From: Octopus bimaculoides
Lineage: Eukaryota
Direction of reading: 5' to 3'
Assembly: GCF_001194135.2 (NCBI RefSeq)
Contig: NC_068991.1
Coordinates: 65,220,907-65,284,906 of the forward strand
DNA length: 64,000 bases
Part shown: positions 1-14,810 of the stretch, in pieces
How positions within the stretch are numbered: position 1 is the stretch's first letter
Layout of the letters: every line of letters starts with the position of its first letter
Notes under the pieces: model-generated
Database searches by the model: none
Told to the model about the DNA's origin: nothing
What the model saw: the letters and a program-made list of their open reading frames with translations, nothing else
Position numbers and translations under genes: made by a program

Positions 1-264
1 GCAAGCCAGGAGGGTGCACCAGACTCCAATCTGATCTGGTAAGATTTTTACAGCGCTGGATGCCCTTCCTAACGCCAACCATTCCAAGAGTGTAGTGGGT
101 GCTTTTTATGTGCCACTGGCATGGGAGCTAATATATACACACAAACACACACACAGTGGCTGTGTGGTAAGTAGCTTGCTTACCAACCACATGGTTCCGG
201 GTTCATTCCCACTGCGTGGCACCTTGAGCAAGTNNNNNNNNNNATACACACAAACACACACACA

Positions 265-652
265 GTGGCTGTGTGGTAAGTAGCTTGCTTACCAACCACA
301 TGGTTCCGGGTTCATTCCCACTGCGTGGCACCTTGAGCAAGTGTCTTCTACTATAGCCTCAGGCCTTGTAAGTGGATTTGGTAGACGGAAACTGAAAGAA
401 GCCCGTCGTATATATGTATGTACATATATATGTGTGTGTATATGTTTGCGTGTTTGTGTTTGTCCCCAACATTGCTTGACAACCGATACTGGTGCGTTTA
501 CATCCCCATAACTTAGCGGTTTGGCAAAAGAGACTGATAGAATAAGTACTAGGCTTACAAAGAATAAGACCTGGGGTCGATTTCTTTGACTAAAGGCGAT
601 ACTCCAGCATGGCCGCAGTCAAATGACTGAAACAAGTAAATGAGTAAAAGAG
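265..652 (+). mobile_element. tRNA-derived SINE family A, full length
   Basis: Head GTGGCTGTGTGGTAAG...GGTTCATTCCC with A/B-box-like motifs, a CORE-like GGCACCTTGAGCAAGTGTCTT segment, an internal AT/GT microsatellite and the tail GCATGGCCGCAGTCAAATGACTGAAACAAGTAAA. The same sequence recurs many times in the window. Confidence 0.85.
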
Positions 653-925
653 TGTATATATTCTGTCAGACTAACAATTATGTGTTATAATCATATACAT
701 ACACAATGCACACACACACAAACAAACAAACGTCAGGCTTCCATACAGTATTGGTTGACCCAGGGCTACAGTAGAAGACTCTTGCCCAAGGTGCTGTGCA
801 GCAGGACTGAACCCAAAAACATATGATTGAAACGAAGCTTGTTAATCACACAACCATGTCGACACTTATGATAAAGAAAGTAAATTATTAAAAAAATGCA
901 GCACAAGCAAAGCTGCCCTACTTAC

Positions 926-1017
926 CCTGCAGGGTAGGCAATAGCTCCAGTATTTGGGTCACATGTCAATCCTGCCGTTGAACTAATGGTTAATCCTAAT
1001 ACTTTCTCCAATGTAAC
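926..1017 (-). CDS. MAPKBP1: MAPKBP1/WDR62-family WD40 protein, second coding exon (92 nt, [31 protein letters not shown])
   Basis: Acceptor TTTTTATTTTTAG|G and donor CAGG|GTAAGT. The translation closely matches the recalled MAPKBP1 [31 protein letters not shown] and WDR62 [31 protein letters not shown]. The gene continues past base 1. Confidence 0.95.
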
Positions 1018-1881
1018 CTAAAAATAAAAATAGGCATTTAAATATTGAAAATAAAAAATAAAATAAATATTGATTTCTTTGACTGCAACAATATTTTGAA
1101 TCTTTTTGAATTAGAAATTTATATATTAATATTTTATTATTAATTAGAGAAATGAATATTATCGATAAATAAGGAAATCAATATTAAAAAAAAAATAATT
1201 ACATACACCCAATTACAGAAACAATATTTTTAATTATTTATTTATTGTAATTAATATTTTTATTATCAAAGCAGTGAGCAGGCAGAAATATTAGCATGTC
1301 AGACAAAATGGTTAGCAGCAATTCTCTTTACATTCTGAGCTCAAAACTCACTGAGGCCAAGTTTGCCTTTCATCCTTTTGGGGTCAATCAACTTGCCCAC
1401 TTCCCTTGCTGGCTTTGTGCCAAAATTAGAAAGAACTACTACTACTACTACTTAAAAAAAAGATAAGAGGGAGAGCACTAGATATTTAGATATATTGCTT
1501 TATATACTGAGTTTAAAACCAACCAGATCCAATCTTGCCATAGTCAATTATTACATATTGGCTGGAATAGATAGTGTCAGATAAAATGCCTTGCAGTATT
1601 TAATTATAGCCCCTTACATTCTGAGTTCAAATCCCACCAAGGTCAACATTACCTTTCAACCTTCCAAGCTTGATAAAAAAAATCAATGTATTTTAATGGA
1701 CTAACCCCTCTTCAACAAAGGACATGCTCAACTGGTTACGGTCAAACAAATGATAAGCAAATCTGTGATATTGAGCAAAATATTTGCTGTAGTTTATCTT
1801 TTATACCAAGACAAAAGGATGGACATGATAACACTTCCAATCAGAAGCCATGAGAGCTAGTGCCTGGTACTGCATCAGGGC

Positions 1882-1912
<31 letters not shown>

Positions 1913-2034
1913 ATAATATTATTATTATTATTAATAATATTATTATTATTATTAATAATATTATTATTAATATTATTATTAATAATATTATTATTATTAA
2001 TAATATTATTATTAATAATAATAATAATAATAAT

Positions 2035-2071
<37 letters not shown>
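1882..2071. repeat. Compound (AAT)n/(ATT)n alternating microsatellite followed by (AGT)n
   Basis: Read directly. The alternating orientation makes it self-complementary. Confidence 0.95.
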
Positions 2072-2072
<1 letters not shown>

Positions 2073-2287
2073 AGGCAAGCTGGCAGAATTGTGAGCAAGC
2101 TGGACAAAATGCTACTAAGCATTCCATCCCAATTCCACAAAATTCAACTTTACCGTTCATTCTTTTGGGGTTGATAAAATAACTACCAGTTGAACACTGT
2201 GGATGATTTAATCAATTAAGCCCCTCCTCTGAATCTGCTAGTTTTGTGCCAAAATTTGAAAGCATTATTATAACTATTGTTGTTATT

Positions 2288-2510
2288 AAGGTGGTGAGGT
2301 GGCAGGATTGTTAGCACGTCAGGCGAAATGCTTAGCAGTATTTGATCTACTGCTACATTCTGAGTTCAAATTTCACTGAGGTCAACTCTGCCCTTCATCC
2401 TTTCGGAGTTCATAAATTAAGTAGCAGTCAAGTACTGGAATCAATGTGATCGATTGTCCCCCTCCCCACAAAAATCCAGGCCTTGTGCCTATAGTAGAAA
2501 GGATTATTAT
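2288..2510 (+). mobile_element. SINE family B (core TTTGCCTTTCATCCTTTCGGGGTCGATAAA; Meta/MESC-like), CpG-decayed
   Basis: Head AAGGTGGTGAGGTGGCAGGATTGTTAGCACG and the shared core. Similar decayed copies at ~1270-1430, ~1560-1680 and ~6555-6690. The superfamily name is from recall. Confidence 0.7.
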
Positions 2511-3644
2511 ATCTAATACTTTGTAAAGCTGTAAAATTCATCACCATTTCCATTCTCTGGTAATTAAATAAGCACAAGAGATTAAATTTCTATAAAAATA
2601 AAGGTTTTTATCTACTAAAACAGAACACCTCCCACCACCTTTTTTTGTTTTGTGTTATTAGCAAGAAGGGGAAGAGCATTGGACATCACCCATTTCAGTC
2701 AGAATATTGAAGATTGGTGGAAGAAAGGGCAGTTATCCTCTGATTTGAGACCTTGAGCAAATGGTTGTAACAGAGCAGACTCTACTGGTGCCCAACACTC
2801 AATGTCCAGCCAAGTGACAGTATCATACTTTAGCCACCACCTCCTCTCTTCTCCACACTTAGGCAATGTAGCTTTTTTTCTGTTCTTCTGTCCTGCAAAT
2901 TATTTGATGACCTCACTAGTGCTTGTAGCACAAAAAAAAAATGCACCTAGTACACACAGTATAGTGGTAGACTTTAGAAAAACCATCCAGCCATAGAAAC
3001 CATGCCAAAGCCAACATTGGAGCTTGATGCAGCCCTGTGGCTCATCAGATTCTATCAAACCATCCAACCTATGCCAGCATGGAAAATAGACATTAAATGA
3101 GGAGTAAGGAAATTTCACTGCCACTAGAAATTTAAACCAGCAACAGTCTGTGTGCCACCAGTCATAAAAGGAAACTGAAGTTGCTTTTGCTGTTAACAGA
3201 GTATTTAGTACATGAGGTCCTTCTCCATCTACACTCGCCTACCAAAACTAAGGTTGGGTATTAGCCACAATAAATTTACTAGTTCAAAAGGACCTGCAAA
3301 GAACATGGTTTCTGACCCTCTTAATCTGACAAATTTATATAGAAAGAAAATAATTATCCTAATATGACAATTGTATAGGTCTATGTGTATACAATAACTC
3401 AGTGTGTATATGAGTGAGAAAGAGAGAGAGTTCTAGATATGGAATGAGAGAATAAATTATATATGATGCAGACATAATCTGGGTAGGGATACAAATAATT
3501 TGAAAAAGCTTGTGTCAGTTTTTTTTTCCTTTTTTTTCCAGATCTACTTCAGATATTTGTAATGCTTATATTTAATGATACACTGACCAGAAATAGCAAT
3601 CATTATGAGGAATTAAAGTTGCTTACTTCAAATGCATAATTCTC

Positions 3645-3684
<40 letters not shown>

Positions 3685-4894
3685 CATATCAAGAGAGAAG
3701 TAGTAATGACAACAATGGCATCAAAGAGAGAAAAGGAGAAACAGAGATGGTCAGACAGATATCATCATTTTACGTCCATTTTACAATGCTGCCATGGGCT
3801 GGATGTGTCATCACAAACCAAATAAGTTCTCATTTGAAGTTACTGCTCTCCAAGACAAATTAGGACCATATCTCACTCATACATAACATTTTTGGCACGG
3901 TTTATTTGTATGAAAGACATTCCTATCACCAATCATTTTACTGAGTACCAGAAATGGCGACTGTCATGTTCCTGGTAAAACTCAAGACCTCTCTACCTTT
4001 CATTGTTTCCATTCATTTGACAGTTACTTTATAGATAGTACTGAGTGCATTTTATCACTGCACCAGACTTAGAAACGCTTTTTTTTTTTTTTTTTTTTTT
4101 GTTCCCCAGCAGGACTAAAAGACTCCTGCCTACCCTATGTTGTTTCCATTTGTTCATTCATTCACCAATACAAAAGTATTGTTTCATTTTAAACAGGTAG
4201 AAGAGAGTTAGAACGAGAGTAATAGAAGAGAAAGAGTAATTGAAAAGAATGAGAGTGGCAGTCAGGAGCCAGATGGTGACAGAAGAGAATGTGAAAGAAT
4301 TGAGTGAGACAACTATATGATGATTGTAAGGAGATTGATTAAAAACAGCATGAGCAGTGTAATAGGATGACAAGAAAGTGATATGAGGAAGTACTAAAAG
4401 ATCACGAAAATGATAGGAGAAAGTGTGGTGAGGGAGTGAGAGAGAGAGAGAGAGAGAGAGTAGTAAAAAAAAGAGAAAGAGAGTGTGCTAGAAGAGGAGT
4501 GTGAGAGAGGGAGAGAGGTGAGGTAGAAAAGAGAGAGGGGAAAAGAGACTGATGGATGTCAATAATGAGTGAAAAGAATGTAAGAGGGAGCAGTGGATAG
4601 CAATAAAGATGAATGCATGGTAAGGGAATGGGAGTGATGGCTGTCAATGAGTGATTGGAAAAAGGAGCAAAAACTAGCAATAACGAAGGGTTAATGCCAA
4701 AGGAGAGACAAAGCCAATGCAATATTATATCTCTCATTAGATAAGTGATATGATGGGAGAAGGATATAATGACAGTAGGAAGGCACATAAATACGTAAGG
4801 AGGTGAATGGTAGAAGTGGGAGTAACAAAGAAAGGGAGATATACAAACAATGGCTGAAGGAGGCTTAACTGTAGGTATTACATGACCCACTCTA

Positions 4895-5070
4895 TCATCA
4901 TCATCAGCCCAGTACTTTGCTACATTAAGCCACATGAAGCTCAGCCTCTTGAGATCAGCCTTAACCACTTCATTCCATGTCTTCCTTGGTCTCCCACTGC
5001 CACAGATTCCATCCACTTTTTTTTTTACACAACTGGCATCTTTCACAAGCATCATCTAAACACATCACCA
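4895..5070 (-). mobile_element. RTE-clade LINE 3' fragment
   Basis: Translation VDGICGSGRPRKTWNEVVKADLKRL is typical of an RTE ORF C-terminus. It ends in a GAT tail. Confidence 0.7.
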
Positions 5071-8000
5071 GCATAATTTTCTTTCTTTCACACTAGAGTC
5101 CCAGGGCAATCAAAGACTTATGGACTTGGAAGATGGAAACTAAAAAAAAGCTCATTGTGTGTGTGAGAGAGTATGTGTGTGTGAGCATGTGTCTGAGTGT
5201 GTGTGTGTGTCTGAGCGCGCATGTGTGTGTATCTGAGTCTGTGTGTGTGTAAGCACGCGTGTGTGTGTGTGTGTCTGAACATGTGTGCGTCTGAACATGT
5301 GTGTGTCTGAGCATGTGTGTATGTGTGTGTCTGAGCATGTGTGTGTGTGTCTCCATGCCTTGACTTTGTGTGATAGTTGCAAACCAGTATCACCATCATC
5401 CAAGTGGTACCCTTTGTTTCCAATCTTCTGTGAAAACATGTTAGGTTATGGGGAGAAATAAGTGAGGATTGGTGATAAGAAGGGCATCCAGCTGTAGAAA
5501 AAATTCTACCTCAAAAAATTCTGCCCAACCCATGCAAGCATGGAAAAGTGGATGTTAAGACAATGGTAACAATGATGATGTTATAACATATATTGTAAAT
5601 ACACAAATGTTAATGATTATAATGAACACTGTATATTAAATAGAGAGGAGGCTAAATGATTGCCTCACAGCTATTTCTACAACCTACATTCTGAGATCAA
5701 ATTCTGATAAAACTTTGTTTTTCGTTTCATTAAGGCCAATAAATGAGGAGCAATTGTTGATATTTGGCCCATGTCAACACTAATCCAGCAGACCCTGTGG
5801 TTGTTGTTGTTCTAGCTACACCCACCTTGTCGTGATTAGGGCTATATTATCTAACTGAGGTCAGTAAAATATGAGCTAAGGAAGATTTGGTTGTTATTCC
5901 TAGCAGAGAGAGCAACAACCTAGAAGCCCCTTCATTAAATAATATTGCTATTGTCTAGTTTTAGGTCAACAGAACTATTTCATCTAATATAAGACAGTAG
6001 AAAACCAATGGAGAGAATTCAGGCTACTGTTTCTAGTAGGTTGCATGATTACACAGAAGCTCCCTTGTTGAGTGTGGTTGATTCCATCAACAATATCTTT
6101 CCTGCAAAATTGGCTTTGTGCCTTGTCAAACAAAATTGATGTATTTCTATCCCATTGGGGAGGAGGGGTCATGTTACAAAGATAAAATGAAGATATACAA
6201 GTGATCTGGCAGGTGATATAAAAGAAAAACAGTCTAGGTAAATGTAAATCACAGACAAGAGATATTGGCACCATAGCGAAAAGTCTCTAGATGGTAAAAT
6301 AAACCTGAAACAGTAGAACTGTAAACATCAACATCCGATGGATTACAGAAACAAACATTTCTGTTTGAGCATGAGGTTGAAGTTCAGAATTGTTAAACTT
6401 GTTAAATGTCTAGGTCAATGGCACTGACCCATGGTTTAATGGTCAGTTTCTTGCTATGAGAAGGATGGGAGTAACGATAATTACTTCATTTAACAGAATA
6501 CTGTACTATCAATGTTTAATGTTTAAATATCATTAATAATAATGATGTAATTCCACCAAGATTGACTTTGCCTTTCATCCTTTCAGGGTTGATAAAATAA
6601 GCACCAGTTGAGCACTGGGGTCAATGTAAGAGACTCGCCCCCTTGCCAAAAAATTTCAGGCCTTGTGCCTATAGTAGAAAGGATTTTATTAATGATAAAG
6701 CTCTTTTAGTCAGCTTCTAGATGGAATATTCCTTAACATTTATCTACTAATATGTACATTCTACTAGTAAAAGACTTCCAGAAATCTGTGTTTGTGATGC
6801 GGTTTCAATTCCTATCTCAGCCATTTCATTTAACCCCTTCCTAGACAAATTATATTCCAGAAAGCATTTCATTTTGAATCGATTTAAAATTCTTTTTTCC
6901 TTTTTTTTTTTTTTTTTNNNNNNNNNNTTTTTTTTTTTTTTGTTACGTGAAAGCTTTTTGTTTTCATTCTTGAAAACATTCTTCTACTTAATATTTTATG
7001 ATTTTTTAAAAATAAATGTATGACATACAATAGAAACCCATTCAGGCAATCAAAGTTGAGCAGCGGCTCAACCTTGTCAACTCCCACTTATTGTTAAGTT
7101 GTAATTCAAACAGCCTCTGGTCTTCTCATAACTTTTGTTTGAATATTTACTTTCTTCATAGCTGAACTGCAAGCTCTGGACAACAAGCACACATCTCTTC
7201 TCTTTATATTTTAGGGCTAACATTTTTCCTCTCCAAAAGGCACAAATTTCACCCCTATTCAGTTTTTCTTCTTTGAGTCATTCAGTTATTTCCTTTCCAT
7301 CTCGGATATAATGTCATACATTTCAGTAAAATACTGGACAAGTATAATCAGCTAGTTATGGACCAGTATAAAAGTCATCAATACTTAGGCAGCAGCCTTG
7401 TTGTAGCATAGGTTTCATGTGTCATAACTATGTGTAAGGACACTGGAAGATCACTAAATTCCTTATCAAGCTTCTTCAGTCCATTTTGTAAAATATGTTT
7501 TGAGTTACCTCATGCCTTTTCTCAAAAAATAACATTATCAAAATTCAAGATATCACAGGATAACCCAGGGAGGGAGTAACTAGTTTCTCATACCTTACTC
7601 TCTTACTATGTCCTTCTTTTCATCTTCAATAAAATATAGCAAATGTGAAACTTAAGACCCAGTCTTCAGCAATGCTACACTGCTTCACTATGTTTTATTC
7701 TTTATTTATCAATAACATATCAAAATATAGACATCCGTTTTAAAGTTTGTTATTGAAAGGTAACATGTATGCAAAAGATCAGATATCATTGAGTATCTTA
7801 TCTGATTATATCATCACTCAAGAACATAATATCCTTAAAGATATAATCACATTGTTGAAAATAAGAAAATGATAGTATTTTCCACAATTCAAACATTGTT
7901 TTGACAAACCAATATTCCATCATCAAGAAGCAAGGTGAGATGATGCACCTTTTAACACTAACCACATATAGTGTTTATATGATCAACTGACTGCAGGACC

Positions 8001-8199
8001 GATCCCAATGTAATGAGAGCGATAAAATTTAATCTCAGTTACAACTGGTAAAGATATATATTAAATTTAAGCTAGATAAGTTATAGGCATTGAACTAAAA
8101 TGTAACGAGGAAAATAAAGAAGAAAATTGCTCAAGAAACTGTACAACCAATATACTGTACAGTGAAAAACTTTCCTCTTCATTAGCACACATGCCCAAC

Positions 8200-8470
8200 T
8201 CTCTAAACAAATTTTCTTTGGTGAACCAGCTGTTGGCTCTCGATCACATAGCGGGATCAAAGAGGAGATACAAAGACAGTCAAGACAACCTTGAAAAAGT
8301 GTAACTTAGAACAGTCTACTTGGAAATATCTAGCTCAAGGTTGCTCACTGTGTACTCTGGAGTAGAGCACTCAGAATCAGAAATGATCAGAGAAACTCAA
8401 AAGAGGTGGAGGTCTGCAGGGAAAGTAGGAGTCCCACTTGATCCTGGTTCAGCAACTACTAATTTGAACT
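8200..8470 (+). mobile_element. RTE-clade LINE C-terminal fragment, frameshifted
   Basis: FFGEPAVGSRSHSG / KRRYKD / KTTLKKCNLEQSTWKYLAQ resembles the RTE LFGEL..G.R..GGQKKRYKD.LK motif. Confidence 0.65.
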
Positions 8471-9140
8471 CAAAATGTAAAGCATTTTGCCCAGGTGTGG
8501 ATGGTGGTGGTGGTGGTGGTGGAGGACATCTCTTCTCATCATCCCTCTAATGTCCACCCCCACCCCACCCACACGTGGGCAAAATGCTCTACATTTTGAG
8601 TTCAAATTCCACCTAGGTTGACTTTGAGGGTTGATAAAACAAGTATCATTTGATCATACAACTGGAATGATCATCCTACAAGCAGATGAAGATCCATTTC
8701 CTTTACTTTTTGTTTACTTATACACATCAACAAATGAGCCAATGAGGTAATCTCTGTGTGGCTGTTCAATTTGCTAGAAATAACAGCCAAATCTCCCTCA
8801 CACTATGCTCTAACATTTTAAAAATGAAGGACACATTAAATAATGTTGTCCTACATCTTCAATAAAAATACAGAATGGCTCATTCTGGCCTGATCTGTGT
8901 TTAAACTGACAGGCATTCGTTGCAACGAATGTAAATGGAGAAAACTTCATGAAGTACATGTAAAATATGTATGAAAAATATATGAAGAATTTGTAAAATA
9001 AAAAATATCTACAATAAAATTCTAATAGATAAATATCAATTTTTATTAAAACAAAACATGTGGGTGAAGTAACTCTCGTGGTGTGAAGAATCAACACAAC
9101 GTGCAGGTAAAGTGAAACACAACACATGCAGTGTTAAAGC

Positions 9141-9174
<34 letters not shown>

Positions 9175-10865
9175 CGTGTGTGCGTGCGTGTACCATCACC
9201 ACTGCTTGACAGCTGGTATTGATTTATGTTCTCGTAATTTAGCAGTTTAGGAAGAGGTCAACAAACTAAGTACTGAATACGTATTTATTCAACTACACCC
9301 TTCAAGGTGATGCCACAGCATAGACATAATCCAATGACCGAAACAAGTAAAAGATAAAAGAAAAAAGTAATTGGGTATGCAGTATGGATGGAGGAAAAAG
9401 AAAAAAATGAATATCAGAAAGTTTTTTCTAATCAGAAACGTTTTTTCAGCCAATCAAGATTCCAACATTGTCCAAATGCTTAACCGATTATTTGCCAAGA
9501 CTTAAAACAGGTTTGTTTAGTTTTATACTTTTAGCCATTGGGAAAACATGGCTGTTTATAGCCGGCCTGGCATTGAAAGAGTAGAAAAATTTACAACTGA
9601 TAAGAGTGTATATACATGAAAGGATGATTATTTTTGTCATTACATCTTTTGATATAAGTTAATCATTATCATCTGAATAATAATTATTAATGGACACAGT
9701 CTACTTGTATGCATGTTAATTCTGAACAATACCAAAACTCTTAAAACAGTCATGTTAGTGAACTAAATGAGAAATAAGCTTTACAATTTTTATTATTTTT
9801 ATTCTTTTCATTGAGAAGTTACTTAATTGTGAAGAAACAGAAGCGGATATAAAATGCATTGTAAAATATTTCATAGCTGCCAGCAACACTGAACTAGTTT
9901 TAATAAAAAACACATTAACTTACTTTACTAAATAGAATATATGTAGATAGGAAAGAAGTAAAGATTGAAGCTTTTATCCAAAAAAGGTCTTCACTGAACA
10001 TTTTTGAGTCACCAACACAATGAAGCATTTTGATAGCAAGCAGACTAACAACTATGTTGGCATCAAAGAAACTCCAGCATTTAACAGGGACTGAATCAGC
10101 ATTATATTGAAAAAAAAAAAAAATACATACATGAATGCCTGTCTCTGAACCTACAAACATGTGTGAATGTGTATGTGTGCCTGTGTGTGTGTATATATAT
10201 ATATATATAATGATAATTGTCTAAATAGATACTTGTTTTGTTTTTTTTTGTATAATAATCCTGATATTTGCCAAATGTAATTATAAANNNNNNNNNNNNN
10301 NNNNNNNNNNNNNNNNNNNNNNNNNNNNNNNNNNNNNNNNNNNNNNNNNNNNNNNNNNNNNNNNNNNNNNNNNNNNNNNNNNNNNNNNNNNNNNNNNNNN
10401 NNNNNNNNNNNNNNNNNNNNNNNNNNNNNNNNNNNNNNNNNNNNNNNNNNNNNNNNNNNNNNNNNNNNNNNNNNNNNNNNNNNNNNNNNNNNNNNNNNNN
10501 NNNNNNNNNNNNNNNNNNNNNNNNNNNNNNNNNNNNNNNNNNNNNNNNNNNNNNNNNNNNNNNNNNNNNNNNNNNNNNNNNNNNNNNNNNNNNNNNNNNN
10601 NNNNNNNNNNNNNNNNNNNNNNNNNNNNNNNNNNNNNNNNNNNNNNNNNNNNNNNNNNNNNNNNNNNNNNNNNNNNNNNNNNNNNNNNNNNNNNNNNNNN
10701 NNNNNNNNNNNNNNNNNNNNNNNNNNNNNNNNNNNNNNNNNNNNNNNNNNNNNNNNNNNNNNNNNNNNNNNNNNNNNNNNNNNNNNNNNNNNNNNNNNNN
10801 NNNNNNNNNNNNNNNNNNNNNNNNNNNNNNNNNNNNNNNNNNNNNNNNNNNNNNNNNNNNNNNNN

Positions 10866-10905
<40 letters not shown>

Positions 10906-11080
10906 TAATATTCTTTCACGAGCAAAAATACTAGGTTTCTAAAGGAAGGGTAGGTTGTGATGTCTGTGACTTTTTAAATAAGTATCAGTAATATTAAGTA
11001 AAATGGTTGCAATATCAAAAAAAACAAAGCAGGCACCAAAAGACTTCTGTTCTATGAATCTGATTATTAAGATAGGTGCA

Positions 11081-11750
11081 GGTGTGGCTGTGTGGTAAGA
11101 AGTTTGCTTCTCAACTACATGGTTCCAAGTTCAGTTCCACTGTACAGCACTTTGGGCAAGTGTATTCTACTATAGCTTTTGACCAGCCAAAGCCTTGTGA
11201 GTGAATTTGGATAAAGAAATTGAAAGAAGCCTGTCGTGTGTGTGTATGCGCATGCGTCTACCCTATCACCGCTTGACAACTGTTGGTGTGTTTATGATCC
11301 CATAACTTAGCAGTTCTGCAAAAGAGACTGATAGAATAAGTACCAGGCTTAAAAAAAAAAACATATGGGGGTTGACTATATGATTGAGAAGTTTACTTCC
11401 TGGCCATGTGGTTTTGGGCTCAGTCCCATTGCATGGCACCTTTGGCAAGTATCTTCTACTGTAACCCCTGACTGACCAAAGCCTTTTGAGTAGATTTGAT
11501 AGATACAAACTGAAGCCTGTTGTATGTGTATGTTTACATGTCCTTGTTTCGAAATCATATGACTTGTAAATGAATGTCCATTCATTTCCAATGTTCTGCA
11601 AAAAACGTGTTTGGCCATGAAGAATTACCTTGCTCAGAAACAGGAAAGGACTGGCAATAGGAAGGGTATACAGTCATGGAAAATCTACCTCAATAAATTC
11701 AGTCCAACCCAAGAAAGCAAGGAAAAGTAGATGTTAAAATGATGATGATA
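11081..11750 (+). mobile_element. Two tandem family A SINE copies, followed by a GAT-tailed RTE-type 3' end
   Basis: Two SINE A heads at ~11081 and ~11385. Tail AAGCAAGGAAAAGTAGATGTTAAAATGATGATG. Confidence 0.7.
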
Positions 11751-13617
11751 ATGAATTATAACACAATGGAGATAACTACTTGGAGGCTGAATAGTCACTA
11801 GCATCATATACCCTCCTCAAACAACATAAAAAGTTCTTCCTGTATTTGCCTCAATAGCTCCCATTATCATTGTAGCAATGGTGGCTTGATGTTAAAATAC
11901 CTGCTCAAATATTTTATATTTGAAGTATGATCCAGCTCATGAAAACAAGACCGAAAAATAAGTAGGATTACAGTTTACTTTTCATTCCATTTTTAAGTTA
12001 GTAACGTTACAGGTAATACTGAATCTATGGTTTGGAAAATACAAATTAAAGGTAAAAAATAGTAATATAGAAAAGCAAACAGTTTCTCACAAAATTTTAA
12101 TTTAAAGCAAAGATTGTTAAGTAAAAAAAACTGACAATACCAGCTTGTAGCTAAGCTAAAATGTAGAACTGGTTAAAAGAAAAAGTAAAAGAACTGGGTA
12201 ATGAACCAAGTGGAAAAGTGAAATACAACCAATGCAACATATAGCCATTCCTTAACTTTGTGCGTGCATGTGTAACAAAAATCAACAGTAACCACCCCCT
12301 TAAAACCAACCGTCCATATTGAGACAATCAACATAACAGTAACACCACAAGTAACCAAGAGACAGATTTCAAAGAGATGCTACTTTTTAACTTTTACTTT
12401 TCTATTAAGGATGAACTAAAATTGTTTGGTGGGGTTCTGTTTTGTGTTTTTTGCTGTTGTTTTATTCAGGAATGGCTGTTCTGTTTTTATTGTTCAGAAA
12501 CCATTTAATAATTAGAATAGAGAAAGAAGACAGTATCAGTTTGGTTTTTCCTAGAGGGCAAGTAACGTGAAAGACAAAGTGTGGGGTGTAGGGGGTATGG
12601 AGAGGGGAGAAGGGTACCGCTNNNNNNNNNNNNNNNNNNNNNNNNNNNNNNNNNNNNNNNNNNNNNNNNNNNNNNNNNNNNNNNNNNNNNNNNNNNNNNN
12701 NNNNNNNNNNNNNNNNNNNNNNNNNNNNNNNNNNNNNNNNNNNNNNNNNNNNNNNNNNNNNNNNNNNNNNNNNNNNNNNNNNNNNNNNNNNNNNNNNNNN
12801 NNNNNNNNNNNNNNNNNNNNNNNNNNNNNNNNNNNNNNNNNNNNNNNNNNNNNNNNNNNNNNNNNNNNNNNNNNNNNNNNNNNNNNNNNNNNNNNNNNNN
12901 NNNNNNNNNNNNNNNNNNNNNNNNNNNNNNNNNNNNNNNNNNNNNNNNNNNNNNNNNNNNNNNNNNNNNNNNNNNNNNNNNNNNNNNNNNNNNNNNNNNN
13001 NNNNNNNNNNNNNNNNNNNNNNNNNNNNNNNNNNNNNNNNNNNNNNNNNNNNNNNNNNNNNNNNNNNNNNNNNNNNNNNNNNNNNNNNNNNNNNNNNNNN
13101 NNNNNNNNNNNNNNNNNNNNNNNNNNNNNNNNNNNNNNNNNNNNNNNNNNNNNNNNNNNNNNNNNNNNNNNNNNNNNNNNNNNNNNNNNNNNNNNNNNNN
13201 NNNNNNNNNNNNNNNNNNNNNNNNNNNNNNNNNNNNNNNNNNNNNNNNNNNNNNNNNNNNNNNNNNNNNNNNNNNNNNNNNNNNNNNNNNNNNNNNNNNN
13301 NNNNNNNNNNNNNNNNNNNNNNNNNNNNNNNNNNNNNNNNNNNNNNNNNNNNNNNNNNNNNNNNNNNNNNNNNNNNNNNNNNNNNNNNNNNNNNNNNNNN
13401 NNNNNNNNNNNNNNNNNNNNNNNNNNNNNNNNNNNNNNNNNNNNNNNNNNNNNNNNNNNNNNNNNNNNNNNNNNNNNNNNNNNNNNNNNNNNNNNNNNNN
13501 NNNNNNNNNNNNNNNNNNNNNNNNNNNNNNNNNNNNNNNNNNNNNNNNNNNNNNNNNNNNNNNNNNNNNNNNNNNNNNNNNNNNNNNNNNNNNNNNNNNN
13601 NNNNNNNNNNNNNNNNN

Positions 13618-13648
<31 letters not shown>

Positions 13649-14544
13649 TGATTGATAAGGTGGTGTACAGGTAATGTGTTAAGGCATAAGATTCTTTAAA
13701 TATATATATCCAAACTTTTGTTTGTTTTATTATAAAAAGTATACTGCAAAATCAAATTTTAGTAAAAACACTCGCTTTTCTTTTACTTGAATATGCAAAG
13801 TCCATAGTTCTGGGGAGACAGAAGAGTTACATAAGATCAGAATTCTTTAAATGAATTATAACTAAAGAATGAAATAATAGTGATGGATATTGAACAAAAA
13901 AATTGGTATAGGGCTTCAAGAGTGACTATAAATAAGAGAAGGCAAGAAGTTCTGAGATGGGCTACTATATTTAAGTGAAGGTTGCACAAAGTAGGTATGT
14001 GTTGAAAAACAAAGAGGTTGTAGTAAAAAGAAGACAACAGATAAAAAGAAAACCACGATGGAACATGAGAGACACTTTATGACACAAGTTTTGTCTACTA
14101 ATAAGAAGCAAAACAACAAAGTCAGGAATGGCAAACATGGGGGTGTGAAAATGAGAATTGTGTCACAGTAGGATAAAGTTTCAATTATAGACAAAGAACT
14201 ACAGCAGAAACATCAAAACAAAAGGGGCAAGGCATATAGTGATTAGACTCCAATTAAAAGACATAGTACCAAGTTCAACTCAATTTAGTAACCGTTTCTG
14301 AAAATGAATTTAAACTAACCATTATTGAAAATAAATTCAAATTCATTCATTCATTTAACACTTTTATTTTTCATGCTTGCATGGGTTGCACAAATGCACT
14401 GAGGCATTTTTTTTTCCAGTTGGATGACCTTACCTGTTTGTCAAGTAAAAGATCACTTCTCTGCTCAAAGCTTCAGCACTTTGGACATGTGGATAGAATG
14501 CTACAGTAAAGGAAAATACCGAAGCTTTTTGTTTTTTTCATTTC

Positions 14545-14766
14545 ATCATTTAACGCCTACTTTTCCATGCTTGCTTGGATCAGACAGAAATTGAGGAGGC
14601 AGATTTTCTACAGCCAGATGCCCTTTCTGTTACCAGCCCTCACCTGTTTCCAAGCAAGGTAATATTTTCCCATGGTTAGACAGGTTTTCTACAGAAGACT
14701 AGAAATGAACATCATTTGTATGATGGCGATGCTTTACAACCATCACATGATAGTCAAGGTAAGGGT

Positions 14767-14810
<44 letters not shown>

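Noticed and set aside
135-342. Exact tandem duplication of a SINE A head across a 10-N gap
   Set aside because: The sequence is identical on both sides of a minimal gap, which indicates unmerged overlapping contig ends (assembly artefact).
7400-8050. Possible ancient CR1/L2 reverse-transcriptase fragment
   Set aside because: There are only faint motif echoes (FIY-NNIS), too degraded to support a call.
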